Positions 9,114 through 19,138 of a DNA stretch of 64,000 bases are shown piece after piece. Below the pieces are notes generated by a model, which was given only the letters and a program-made list of their open reading frames with translations, had not been told where the DNA came from and searched no databases. Position 1 is the stretch's first letter, and every line of letters starts with the position of its first letter. The DNA comes from Candidatus Babelota bacterium (GTDB taxonomy: Bacteria; Babelota; Babeliae; Babelales; CAIQNR01): positions 114,507-178,506 of the forward strand of contig CBFHTA010000001.1 in assembly GCA_965658655.1 (NCBI GenBank), written 5' to 3'. The position numbers and the translations under genes are program-made.

Positions 9114-11780
9114 TCAATTGGCAGAAGAAGATGCTCGATCAAATATTTTGCGAATTTCCTCAGCTACAATTAAAATTACCCCTGCTCCAAGCACAACAGA
9201 CCAATCACTTAACCCCAGCGGAACAGTCCTGAACACAATTTGTAAAAAAGGAACATAGAGAACCAATAAAAGACCTGCCAAAACACCACCTAGTGCTAAA
9301 AAGAGCAATGGATTTCTCGAAGGAGACAAAGAAAAAGTAGAAAGAGTTAATGATCGGCAATTAAGTGCTGTTACCCACTGACAAAAAGTTACCGTTGTCA
9401 TAACCATCGTTCGCGCCAACTTTAACCCTTGTGGCAAATACCAAATAAACACTCCTATAGATAAGAATGCTACAAGAGAAGCTATATATGCAATATGCAC
9501 AACTAAACCTCGTGTAATAAGAGATGCATATTCAGTAGACCAAGTCGGTCGCAATAAATTATCTTCCGGCGCTTCAAGGGAAAGTGCAATATCAAGACAG
9601 CTATCTGTTACAATACTTAACCACAAAATTTGTGCTGCCACAATAGGAAGAGGATAGCCAAGAGCCATAGTCAAAAGAATTAAAAGAATTTCAGAGAAAT
9701 TGGTTACAAAGAAATAAAGCACCACACGTTTAAACGCATAAAAAACATAGCGCCCTTCCTCTACGCCTGCAACAATGCTCGAAAACGAATCATCCAACAG
9801 AATAATATCTGCAGCTTCTTTTGCCACTTCACTACCTGTGTTTCCCATAGCAACACCCAACTCTGCAACAGCCAATGATGGTGCATCATTTACGCCATCA
9901 CCAATCATCACTGTGGTTTTACCTTGCTTTTGGAACAATGTAACAAGTCGTAACTTATCTGCAGGAAGCACGCGCGCATAAACAGAAGTCTCATTTAGAT
10001 GAGACGCCATTTGCTCATCGGTTAAGCCCTGCATCTCAATACCCTCGAGTATTGGTTGATTACTGTCATTAATAATGCCAGACTCTAAAGCCAAGTGAGT
10101 AGCAGTTTTTTTATTATCACCCGTTGCCATTACCACCTGAATTCCTGCTTTTTTTAATTTCTTAATAATGCCAGGAGCAGCATCACGCAGCGTGTCTTGA
10201 ATCCCAAACGCTCCCAATAGTGCAAGGTCTTGCTCGAATAAACCCTCAAAGAATCTCTTTTTTTCTCTAGCACCTTCTGGAACACTCGCAAGATCAAACT
10301 CTTTATAGGCAACTGCAATTACACGTAAACCCTGTTTTAAAAAATCTTCTATAAGTGTGTCTTGCTCCCTAGAAATACCTGCACAACGACTCTTAATAAC
10401 CTCAGGAGACCCAAGTCCAAACGCTATACCTTTGCCGTTTTTTTCATAAAAACCTGCATGAAACTGGTACTGGGCACTAAACGGTATTTCAAACAATTCT
10501 TTATAATCTTTATAAACCACATCCTCAGTCACGCCAGCTTTATCTGCACAAATTTCCATCGCGGCTTCACTAGAATTCCCCTTAATAGAATACACTCGAA
10601 TAGTTTCTACATATTCTACTTTAGAGCGATCAAGAAGTTGAGCTGCCTCCAACATAAAACGTGCATCTTTATTCAATTCTGACTTACCACTTGAGTCAGT
10701 AACTTGCCCTTCTGGCAAATACCCTTTACCTGAAACTGTATAAACCTGTGTATTGGCAAAAAAAGTGTTTACCATCAATTCATTACGTGTAAGTGTTCCA
10801 GTTTTATCTATTATCATAACCTGGGCTCGCCCAAGCGCTTCAACTGCCTGCAAGCGTTTTGCCAATACATTTTTTTTGGCTGTTCGATAAGCACCAGCAA
10901 CAAGAATTAAAGTCATGATAACCGGCAATCCTTGAGGAATTACACACACAAACAAAGCAATAAGAGCAGCAAAGAGTTCTGCAAATGGTTTACCCGTAGC
11001 TACACCTATGACTAACAATGCAACACAAATAAAAATAATGATTCCCAAAATAAATTTAAGAAGATCTCCCAAATCTCTTTCTAAAGGCATTTGAGAAAAA
11101 GCCGCCCCTGCTAACTGATTAACCTGTGCACTTTCAGTCTTTTTTCCGGTTGCTGTCACAATAGCTTTTGCTCTCCCCGAAAGAATATATGAACCTAAAA
11201 AAACCATATTATCTTGATCGTTCATAGAAAGGTTTTTGCCTTCTCTGGCAAAAACATCTTTTTCAACCGGATCAGATTCACCCGTAAGTATAGCTTCATC
11301 AACAGTTAGACCATAAGATTCTATAATACGCGCATCTGCAGAAACACGTTCTCCTTCTTGTAGAATCAGGATGTCTCCAGGAACCAGATCAAAATCATTA
11401 ACAATTTGCTTTTTACCATCACGAATAACAAGTGATTTGCTATTTTTAAACTGCTGTACTCGAGAAATCATTGTATAAATACGATGTTCCTGAATAGTTC
11501 CAATAGTAACGTTTAAAAGTAAAATAAGTAAAATAATGACGGCATCAAACCCATTGCCAGCAAAGAAAATAATAACAGCAGAAACAATTAAAAAATAAAA
11601 AAGAGGATCTTGACACTGACTCAACAACAAAGAAAAAAACGTTTCTCTCTTCTGCTCTGTTGGTTTATTAGGGCCATATTTTTTCAAAGCTTGCTGCGCC
11701 TGCTCATTGGTTAAACCCGTAGTGAGATTTACCCCAAAAGTTTGTGCAACTTTTTCAATCACCATCTTATAATACTTCAT
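9114..11780 (-). CDS. P-type cation-transporting ATPase (type II, Ca2+/Mg2+-like)
   Basis: 888 aa with TGES, DKTGTLT, MATGDN and GDGVNDAPSL motifs and a cation_ATPase_N-like start. TM4 reads IPQGLP instead of IPEGLP. Confidence 0.9.
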   Translation of the reverse strand: MKYYKMVIEKVAQTFGVNLTTGLTNEQAQQALKKYGPNKPTEQKRETFFSLLLSQCQDPLFYFLIVSAVIIFFAGNGFDAVIILLILLLNVTIGTIQEHRIYTMISRVQQFKNSKSLVIRDGKKQIVNDFDLVPGDILILQEGERVSADARIIESYGLTVDEAILTGESDPVEKDVFAREGKNLSMNDQDNMVFLGSYILSGRAKAIVTATGKKTESAQVNQLAGAAFSQMPLERDLGDLLKFILGIIIFICVALLVIGVATGKPFAELFAALIALFVCVIPQGLPVIMTLILVAGAYRTAKKNVLAKRLQAVEALGRAQVMIIDKTGTLTRNELMVNTFFANTQVYTVSGKGYLPEGQVTDSSGKSELNKDARFMLEAAQLLDRSKVEYVETIRVYSIKGNSSEAAMEICADKAGVTEDVVYKDYKELFEIPFSAQYQFHAGFYEKNGKGIAFGLGSPEVIKSRCAGISREQDTLIEDFLKQGLRVIAVAYKEFDLASVPEGAREKKRFFEGLFEQDLALLGAFGIQDTLRDAAPGIIKKLKKAGIQVVMATGDNKKTATHLALESGIINDSNQPILEGIEMQGLTDEQMASHLNETSVYARVLPADKLRLVTLFQKQGKTTVMIGDGVNDAPSLAVAELGVAMGNTGSEVAKEAADIILLDDSFSSIVAGVEEGRYVFYAFKRVVLYFFVTNFSEILLILLTMALGYPLPIVAAQILWLSIVTDSCLDIALSLEAPEDNLLRPTWSTEYASLITRGLVVHIAYIASLVAFLSIGVFIWYLPQGLKLARTMVMTTVTFCQWVTALNCRSLTLSTFSLSPSRNPLLFLALGGVLAGLLLVLYVPFLQIVFRTVPLGLSDWSVVLGAGVILIVAEEIRKIFDRASSSAN

Positions 11781-11890
11781 ACATCACCTTTTCTAAAAAT
11801 TGAGCTCTATTCTAAAGTACAAATTCTATAGAAAAAATGCCAGACAAAAGATATTAAAAATACAAACCCTATCCACTTACTTTAAAGCCT

Positions 11891-12361
11891 TTAAACCTCT
11901 TCATACAAAAAGTTGCTTTTTTGATATTGCTCCAAAACAATAGGAGTAAACACTTTTTGAAAATCCTGCAAAGACTTGAAGGGCAAAGATTTAAAAGGTA
12001 CTGTTTTAGATTCAACAATTTTCCCTGTCGCATACGCTGAAAGAAAAGAATCATCTTCGTTACATTCATCCCCTTCCTTAATAACTGGCAACCGACCTTT
12101 AACAGTTGCAACAGAAATTGAAGAACACTTTTTTGATTCCAAAAAACAATCTAAAGCTTTATCAAGAAAATTGCTTGGCTTTAATTCTTTTCCTTTATAC
12201 TTTGGTAGATCATCATCTTTCTTAGCTTTTTCATACAAACCATTTATCTCATTCATTTGATCATCAGTTAAGAGTAATACATCTTCTCTATCAGCATCTG
12301 CCCCAAAGCAAGAAGCCGTGGGAACAAACAATAAAATGCTTAGAATAATCTTTCTATTCAT
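11891..12361 (-). CDS. hypothetical secreted protein
   Basis: 156 aa with a signal peptide ending TASCFGA. Contains a PFKSLPFKSL micro-duplication. Confidence 0.5.
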   Translation of the reverse strand: MNRKIILSILLFVPTASCFGADADREDVLLLTDDQMNEINGLYEKAKKDDDLPKYKGKELKPSNFLDKALDCFLESKKCSSISVATVKGRLPVIKEGDECNEDDSFLSAYATGKIVESKTVPFKSLPFKSLQDFQKVFTPIVLEQYQKSNFLYEEV

Positions 12362-12445
12362 ACTTATGCCCTAAAAGTAAATTGCACCTAATCAAAATGA
12401 TTATTATAAAGTACCAACATAAAATCGCAACTAAAAACGGCTCCC

Positions 12446-13201
12446 TTAAGTAAGATCAGGATGCAAAGCGTAATCAGCTTTAAGTGCATCTAAACGAGTG
12501 TAGAGAATACCGACAAATTTCATACCTGCCTTTTCTACAGCCTTTTCTACCGCTTTAAGGTTTTTTAATTTGTCATCAACAAAGATAACAACCTCTGGTT
12601 TATATTTGCAGGTTTTCAATAACACCATGAGAGACTCTCCCTTGTCTCCGGAGCCAGCAAAAAAAATGCCATGTTTAAATCCACCAGGAACACCGTGAAA
12701 TAAAAAGACCTTCTCTTGTGTTGGCAGTGCTTTAAAATAACCGCTTTCAACAAAGCTCAAACCACATTTTTCTACGTTTTTAATAGTTGCATTTTCTACA
12801 GGAAACGATCGCGCTGTTAGGCCAATGGTTTTATCAGCTATCTTCTGAATGGCTTTAACAGTTTTTTTAGTCTCTTTGCCTTCAACCAATTTAAAAGAAA
12901 AGTGTGGATCCATTTGAATTTCAAAGTACACAGGCGCTATAATATCCCACGCAGTTTCAGGATCAACACCTTTATCAACAGCATGTTTAACACGTGCTTG
13001 CATCCACATGTCACCACCCCGTTGATCTTTGTTATTGGGCATAACCAGCGTTTCATCTAAATCAAAAGCAACAAGCAATTTTTTGTCTTGATATTTTTTT
13101 GCTTCGGTTAGAACCGTACCAATTTCAGAAGATTTAATAATTTGAGCAGAAAGTTCTACCGACGAAACAAGCAATACACTTAATAATAATAATTTACGCA
13201 T
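12446..13201 (-). CDS. secreted HAD-superfamily-like protein
   Basis: Signal peptide, then HAD motif I FDLDETL and motif IV-like VIFVDDKLKN. The ORF opens at TTG 13216, and the ATG at 13201 gives MRKLLLLSVLL. Confidence 0.6.
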   Translation of the reverse strand: MRKLLLLSVLLVSSVELSAQIIKSSEIGTVLTEAKKYQDKKLLVAFDLDETLVMPNNKDQRGGDMWMQARVKHAVDKGVDPETAWDIIAPVYFEIQMDPHFSFKLVEGKETKKTVKAIQKIADKTIGLTARSFPVENATIKNVEKCGLSFVESGYFKALPTQEKVFLFHGVPGGFKHGIFFAGSGDKGESLMVLLKTCKYKPEVVIFVDDKLKNLKAVEKAVEKAGMKFVGILYTRLDALKADYALHPDLT

Positions 13202-13267
13202 GAAAAAGCCTTTCAAGAAGAGTTTAAGAAAGACACTAGCGTAACGGACAATAGAAAAATTGAAAAG

Positions 13268-13831
13268 TTATTTTTGTTGATAATGTAAACAGGTTATTTG
13301 AATAACAGGAAAAGATTTTTGCATCATCTCTGCAACATTGAGTATATGCTTAGAAGTGTCATCAATAAAAACTATCGATGTCGGCAAACTTGCTTTGTCT
13401 GCACGATCAAGATACTGCTTAAGAGTATCCCCTTTGCTTTGAAGCCCTGAATAACAAACACCATTATATTCAAACGACTGTAACATTTTATTCAAATAAA
13501 GAACTTTAGATTTTTCAAAATAAAAAAAATGCGCTCCTAGCTCATTTAAATTTGCAGTAATAGCTTGATGCAAATAAGAATATGAGCCCGTTAAAGAAAG
13601 AATGCGATCTGCCCGTGCACAAGACATATCAAAAACACTCTGAGTTTTATCCGTCAACCAACTATGGGGAATATTATCTTCAAACCTAAAAAGTGTTCCG
13701 TCTAAATCCCATACCACCCAAGAGCCAGCATTCACAAAAGGTACAACTTCTTCAATACTATTAATTGTTCTCATTTCAGCACTCAAAGATGACATAAGAA
13801 AACATACCCCTAAGAAAAAACACCTATTCAT
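13268..13831 (-). CDS. secreted HAD-superfamily-like protein (paralog of neighbour)
   Basis: Signal peptide, WDLDGTL (DxDxT) and IVFIDDTSKH. Confidence 0.55.
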   Translation of the reverse strand: MNRCFFLGVCFLMSSLSAEMRTINSIEEVVPFVNAGSWVVWDLDGTLFRFEDNIPHSWLTDKTQSVFDMSCARADRILSLTGSYSYLHQAITANLNELGAHFFYFEKSKVLYLNKMLQSFEYNGVCYSGLQSKGDTLKQYLDRADKASLPTSIVFIDDTSKHILNVAEMMQKSFPVIQITCLHYQQK

Positions 13832-13957
13832 TATCTTCTCCCTAATTAATAATTTAGCAAAGAAAGTAACAAAAATGAAAAAGGGGAATAAAGAAAAGAA
13901 TTTTAATACACAGTCATTTTAGAAATTGGCTGTGCCAACCGTAGCCTTGGCGTAAGT

Positions 13958-14367
13958 TGGTGGAGGCGATGGGAATCGAACCCATGTCCGCATTATCGTA
14001 GATTATAAGCGCTACATGCTTAGTTCTTGTTTAATACTCTCCCAGCTACTCAAGAACAAGAACACTGGAAAAGGCAGGCTGGTATACAGCACAAGTTACG
14101 AACCTACTGAACCTAACTTGACAGTTCTATCTTTTTTATAATACGAGTTAGATTAACTGATAGACACGAAAGCCTAACAAGCAGTTACTAAGGAAACTGT
14201 GCTTACGCAGCAGCCACCATAGAACCATAAGAAGTCACAGACTTATCGCCCATGAATCCTGCGAATGTAGTGTCATTCATAGTTCGATCGTTTATTTTAC
14301 GAGTATCCAATCAAAGCTCGGCATGCTCTCACAAGCGTCAACAACACGTCGAAGCCAGTGCGCCCCC
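13958..14367 (-). ncRNA. ssrA: tmRNA (SsrA)
   Basis: The minus strand reads 5' GGGGGCGCACTGGCTTCGACG ... GGGTTCGATTCCCATCGCCTCCACCA 3'. It has a tRNA-Ala-like acceptor with a G3:U pair, a T-arm and an encoded CCA. The internal tag frame is ...GDKSVTSYGSMVAAA-TAA (stop at 14203-14205). It lies directly downstream of smpB. Confidence 0.9.
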
Positions 14368-14412
14368 ATGAATTTCAAAGTTCAAGCTATTATTTAAACT
14401 TGATATTTTCTG

Positions 14413-14441
14413 ATTGTAACAAATACTAGTAAAAAAGTCAA
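14413..14441 (-). promoter_or_regulatory. candidate ssrA promoter
   Basis: Minus strand TTGACT (14436-14441), 17-nt spacer, TACAAT (14413-14418), about 45 nt upstream of the mature tmRNA 5' end. Confidence 0.5.
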
Positions 14442-14448
14442 TGCGAGC

Positions 14449-14898
14449 CTATTTATAATCCTTAAGTTCTCGAGAAGTTTCTCGCTTAATATCTCGCTCT
14501 TTGAGCATCTGTTTTTTGCCCGCAGCTTTACGGTGCTTACAAAGCCCCAGCTCGACTTTTACTTTACTGTTTTTAAAATAGAGAACTAAAGGAATTACAG
14601 TTATTCCTTTACGCGAAATATCGCCGACAAGCTTATTAAGCTCTCGCTTATGCACTAAGAGCTTACGAGAACGTTTAGCTGTGTCTTCGTCTTTCTTATA
14701 GGCCTTGTCGTATGGAGTTATATGGCAGTTAACCATAAAAAGTTCGCCTTGATGAACATTGGCAAACGCTCCCGTTAAGTTTACATGACCCGCACGTAGC
14801 GACTTAACCTCATCCCCGGTCAAAACGATGCCAGCTTCTATTTTATCTAACACCTCGTAGTCAAAGAATGCTTTCTTGTTTTTACTGATAATCTTCAT
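14449..14898 (-). CDS. smpB: SsrA-binding protein
   Basis: 149 aa. KKAFFDYEVLDKIEAGIVLTGDEVKSLR and a basic C-terminal tail typical of SmpB. Confidence 0.95.
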   Translation of the reverse strand: MKIISKNKKAFFDYEVLDKIEAGIVLTGDEVKSLRAGHVNLTGAFANVHQGELFMVNCHITPYDKAYKKDEDTAKRSRKLLVHKRELNKLVGDISRKGITVIPLVLYFKNSKVKVELGLCKHRKAAGKKQMLKERDIKRETSRELKDYK

Positions 14899-14910
14899 AA
14901 TACCCTTCCC

Positions 14911-15381
14911 CTAAAAAGCCTTTTTTCTCGTAAGCACAGAGAAAAAATTCCAAAAAACAGGATACAAAGCGAAGGCCAAAACGAGGCCCACTAAGTTTGC
15001 TCCCAACATAAACGCCCAAAAAGAAATTTTCACAGTACCAAAAATTGCAGCTAGTTTACTGGAAACATAGACCATCCAAGTTGGATTAAATTGAGTTACA
15101 GAAATCCCATACCAAGAATGGAGAATCCAATGCCCACACACATAACCGCTCATATGAATTGGTATCATTGTCCAAGGATTATTTACCCCATATCCTACCG
15201 CCAAAAGCAACGGAATATTAAGCCCAAACAACCACCCAAAAATTACGTGCATAGCTGTATGAAACCCTAAAAATGGAGAAAAAGAGATATAAATACCCAA
15301 AGAAGCAGCCACCGCCAACTTGTGCGGACAGCGTTCCTGCTTTGCTATTTTATGTAAAAATGTTTTCATTTGAGAGAACAT
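14911..15381 (-). CDS. DUF2062-like membrane protein
   Basis: PHKLAVAASLGIYISFSPFLGFHT followed by further TM segments. The ORF extends to 15465, and the ATG at 15381 is the likelier start. Confidence 0.65.
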   Translation of the reverse strand: MFSQMKTFLHKIAKQERCPHKLAVAASLGIYISFSPFLGFHTAMHVIFGWLFGLNIPLLLAVGYGVNNPWTMIPIHMSGYVCGHWILHSWYGISVTQFNPTWMVYVSSKLAAIFGTVKISFWAFMLGANLVGLVLAFALYPVFWNFFSVLTRKKAF

Positions 15382-15490
15382 ATTTCTACCCTTAAACCAA
15401 AATCTTTGATAAACACCCTTTAATACAGTATATTCTACCATGATGGAGTTTGAAGAACAAGACAATGTAGCCCTTCAGAAAGGGGAATCC

Positions 15491-16186
15491 ATGAAAAAAA
15501 CACTCTTTTTTATTCTGGTAACTAGCATAACCTTTATTCACAGCAACTCAAATCGGTCCCTACTTAACCTCTACCAAAACAGTAAAACCCCTGTTGGAAC
15601 ACAAAAAAACAAAGCTATCACCTATTTAGGCATGCTTCAGTTTCCTTCGCAAATTCAAAATCCATCAGTTAGGGCTTACTATAAAGGCCATATTGTAGAC
15701 ATGGAGAATGGAGCTTATTCGTTTATTGAAAATAGAAAATTTCAGGTATTTACCATTGTGGTAACTTTACTCCCTCCACCTACAACCAATACTCCTTCAA
15801 ATTTGACTATTCCAGAGGGGCATCCTTATACGCGTTACACTCTCTTTAAAACTAATGCAAAGCAAAAAGAAGGTAAAAAACAAGAAGAATGGCGCGTAGA
15901 AAAAATAAACGACACCAATGGGATAAAAGTACCCAGCAATGCACTACTAATCTTGCTTGATCCGGAATTAATTGACAATACTCGAGTACACGCATGGTTC
16001 AAAGATAGCTTTACACTGAAGTTACCAACTCTTATTATGAAGAAGAACCTTTCTAAAAAAGCCTTTGATTCTGCTTATAATCGATCTGTCTTAACCGCTT
16101 TAGATTGGGATGTATTCCATCAAAAAGTGGAGTGGGAAGAAAAAAAACATAAACAAAAACATATTGCTCGAAGAAGAATTGTATGA
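15491..16186 (+). CDS. hypothetical secreted protein
   Basis: The ATG at 15491 gives signal peptide MKKTLFFILVTSITFIHS. No known domain. The stop overlaps the tsaD start (ATGA). Confidence 0.5.
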   Translation: MKKTLFFILVTSITFIHSNSNRSLLNLYQNSKTPVGTQKNKAITYLGMLQFPSQIQNPSVRAYYKGHIVDMENGAYSFIENRKFQVFTIVVTLLPPPTTNTPSNLTIPEGHPYTRYTLFKTNAKQKEGKKQEEWRVEKINDTNGIKVPSNALLILLDPELIDNTRVHAWFKDSFTLKLPTLIMKKNLSKKAFDSAYNRSVLTALDWDVFHQKVEWEEKKHKQKHIARRRIV

Positions 16187-17199
16187 AATATACCGTTTTA
16201 GGGGTGGAGTCTTCATGTGATGAAGTTGCTGCTGCAGTGTATACCACCGATAAAAAATTATTATCCAGTAAGCTTTTTTCTCAAACTGAGATGCACAAAA
16301 AATATGGTGGTGTGGTCCCTGAGATCGCCTCACGCGAACATATAAAGAAAATTAATCAAATTACCCAAGAAGCACTCGATGCCGCTGGTGTAACACTTGA
16401 TGATATCGACGTTATTGCTGTTACAAGCAAACCAGGGTTACCCGGTTCTCTTTTGATTGGAACCTGCTTTGCAAAGGCTCTAGCAGAATCTAAAAATAAA
16501 AAAATTATTGCGGTTGATCATCTTGAAGGTCACGCTTTTTCTGCAAATATTGAACACGACATTCCATTTCCTTTTTTATGTATGACTGCCTCAGGTGGCC
16601 ATACAAATATGTATCGCGTTACTAATTTTGGAGAATATGAATTTCTAGGAACCACTCTCGATGACGCAGCAGGAGAAGCATTTGATAAGATTTCTAAGCT
16701 GTTAAAATTAGGTTATCCAGGTGGCCCTATTATTGAAAAACTAGCACGCGAAGCTGGATTTAAAGATTTTTACAAATACCCGCGCAACAAAGACATTGGA
16801 TTAAACTTTAGCTTTTCTGGTTTAAAAACTGCAGTACTTTACGATCTTGTTAAAAAGAACGCGTATGACATGAAAAAGAAAGAACTTCTAAATGACAGCG
16901 AGCAACTAAAAAAAGAAGTTGCAAGCTCTTTTCAGGTATGCGTAGCTGATATCTTTGTAAAAAAAGTTGAAAAAGCCTTAGAACAATATGAAGACTACAA
17001 AGGGCTTGTTTTTGTAGGTGGTGTAGCATGCAATAATTATATTCGTCAAAGACTTACTGATGTTGCAACACAACACAATTTGCCTTACTTTTCTCCTTCT
17101 CCAAAATATTGTACCGATAATGCTGCAATGATCGCATACGTAGGTCATTACAAAGCGCTAAAAGGAGAATTCAGCGAACCTGATTTTGATATTTTATAA
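16183..17199 (+). CDS. tsaD: tRNA N6-adenosine threonylcarbamoyltransferase
   Basis: VLGVESSCDE, DHLEGH and SGGHT motifs of the Kae1/TsaD family. Confidence 0.95.
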   Translation: MKYTVLGVESSCDEVAAAVYTTDKKLLSSKLFSQTEMHKKYGGVVPEIASREHIKKINQITQEALDAAGVTLDDIDVIAVTSKPGLPGSLLIGTCFAKALAESKNKKIIAVDHLEGHAFSANIEHDIPFPFLCMTASGGHTNMYRVTNFGEYEFLGTTLDDAAGEAFDKISKLLKLGYPGGPIIEKLAREAGFKDFYKYPRNKDIGLNFSFSGLKTAVLYDLVKKNAYDMKKKELLNDSEQLKKEVASSFQVCVADIFVKKVEKALEQYEDYKGLVFVGGVACNNYIRQRLTDVATQHNLPYFSPSPKYCTDNAAMIAYVGHYKALKGEFSEPDFDIL

Positions 17200-17471
17200 G
17201 AGCCACCGATAAGAATAGTAAAAAAAAGTTGTTCTGGTACTTTTTAGCCTTATTGGAAGTTTCTATACTATAAGCAGGTATTTCATACTCCTGTTTCCAT
17301 AGATACCTCTAACTAAACTCAACCAAATAATGCAAAGACTGTAACTCGTGGGAACACAATTCTCTAGAAAAAGTATTCTGGAAATCCAACCAAACCTCCA
17401 GCCTTATTACTCCACAAGACTAGCTCTCGTTCAGTCACTTGCCCAAAATGATCTACAGAGAATTTTTTCAC

Positions 17472-17523
17472 AAAAAAACCCTAATAAAATATAAACAGTT
17501 TAATTATTCATATTCTATTAGGG
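17472..17523 (-). terminator. candidate terminator downstream of rho (possibly bidirectional)
   Basis: 12-bp stem (1 mismatch) ccctaataaaat / attctattaggg with a 21-nt loop. On the minus strand it is followed by T7 (A7 at 17472-17478 on plus). Confidence 0.45.
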
Positions 17524-17547
17524 TATATATTTTTAAATAAGCCTTAA

Positions 17548-19005
17548 CTACTTAGAACCATTCGCAGCTTTTTTAGCATTCATTGATTCAAAAAACTCTT
17601 CGTTTGTTTTAAACTTCTTCATCTTGTCAATCATGAATTCCATGCCTTCAATCATGTTCATATTACCTAAGAACTTTTGAAGAACCCAAGAACGTTTTTG
17701 ATCACCTTCACTGAAAAGAAGATCATCACGACGGGTACTTGAACTAAGAAGATCATACGAAGGATAAATACGACGGTTTGCAAGCTTACGGCTCATATGC
17801 ATTTCCATATTACCGGTACCTTTAAACTCTTCGTAAATAACTTCATCCATACGAGAGCCAGTTTCTACAAGAGCTGTACCAATAATAGTTAACGAACCGC
17901 CTTCTTCCATGGCACGAGCTGCACCAAAGAAACGCTTTGGCCGTTGTAGTGCATTGGCGTCAATACCACCAGTCAGTACTTTTCCTGATGATGGAGCTGT
18001 AGTATTGTAAGCACGAGCAAGACGAGTAATAGCATCAAGCAAAATAACAACATCTTTACCTGATTCAACTAAACGCTTTGCTTTTTCAAGAACAATCTCT
18101 GCAACCTGAACATGACGTTCTGCAGATTCATCAAAAGTCGAACTTATCACTTCAGCATGAGCACCCTTAACACAGCGCTTCATATCTGCAACTTCTTCTG
18201 GACGCTCGTCAATAAGCAGAACAATCAAGAAAACATCTGGATGATTTGTAATAAGACTTTGAGCAATCTCTTTTAAGAGAACTGTTTTACCTGCTTTTGG
18301 TGGCGCAACAATAAGACCACGCTGTCCTCTACCCACGGGGGTAAAAATATCCATCAAACGTGTTGATGCAAAAGTAGGATTAGACTCTAAAGTAAATTTA
18401 CTGTTTGGATGCATAGGAGAAAGTCGATCAAAATTTGGTCGCTCTCTCAACTTCATAGGGTCTTCAAAGTTAACTTTATCGACCTTAAGCAATGCAAAAT
18501 ATTTTTCATTATCTTTTGGTTTACGAATAACACCAGAAACTGTATCTCCAGTACGCAAACCAAAACGACGAATTTGTGAGGGAGAAACATACACATCATC
18601 AGGACTCGAAACATAATCGAATCGGTTAGAACGTAAAAATCCAAACCCATCAGGGAGTCTCTCTAAAACACCCTCTACTTCGACTTCTCTGTCTGGGTGT
18701 TCTTGCATTTCTACAATTCTTTCTACTAACTGTCTATGCAACAACAAGCTTGCACCTATTAAACCCCACCTACGAGCATGCATATTCAATTCTTGAGTAG
18801 AAAGCTCTAAAAGCTGTTCTTTTGTTAAAACTTTTGGGTGATAATCATTTTTATGTTGAGAGCCACCGCTATTACGGTTGCGATTGTCTCCTGAATGATT
18901 ATTTTTTTGCGCAGATGGCCTTGCCTGTGACGCAGGTTTGCCTGCAGGCTTTTTCTGACCTGTCTGTTTTTTCTTCGGTGCCACTATTTTCTTATCTTCT
19001 TTCAT
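17548..19005 (-). CDS. rho: transcription termination factor Rho with ~60-aa basic/N-rich N-terminal extension
   Basis: [14 protein letters not shown] (RNA-binding domain), Walker A PPKAGKT and a C-terminal RecA-like domain. Confidence 0.95.
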   Translation of the reverse strand: MKEDKKIVAPKKKQTGQKKPAGKPASQARPSAQKNNHSGDNRNRNSGGSQHKNDYHPKVLTKEQLLELSTQELNMHARRWGLIGASLLLHRQLVERIVEMQEHPDREVEVEGVLERLPDGFGFLRSNRFDYVSSPDDVYVSPSQIRRFGLRTGDTVSGVIRKPKDNEKYFALLKVDKVNFEDPMKLRERPNFDRLSPMHPNSKFTLESNPTFASTRLMDIFTPVGRGQRGLIVAPPKAGKTVLLKEIAQSLITNHPDVFLIVLLIDERPEEVADMKRCVKGAHAEVISSTFDESAERHVQVAEIVLEKAKRLVESGKDVVILLDAITRLARAYNTTAPSSGKVLTGGIDANALQRPKRFFGAARAMEEGGSLTIIGTALVETGSRMDEVIYEEFKGTGNMEMHMSRKLANRRIYPSYDLLSSSTRRDDLLFSEGDQKRSWVLQKFLGNMNMIEGMEFMIDKMKKFKTNEEFFESMNAKKAANGSK

Positions 19006-19138
19006 TTATAAACCTCCGATTATGATAACGCGCCCATTTAACAACACCCCAAAGGAAGGCGTCATGCTTCTAAACAAAAGCATACACAACTCTTTTCATA
19101 ATAATTGAATAACATACTGCGTAATCAGCTACCACGTA

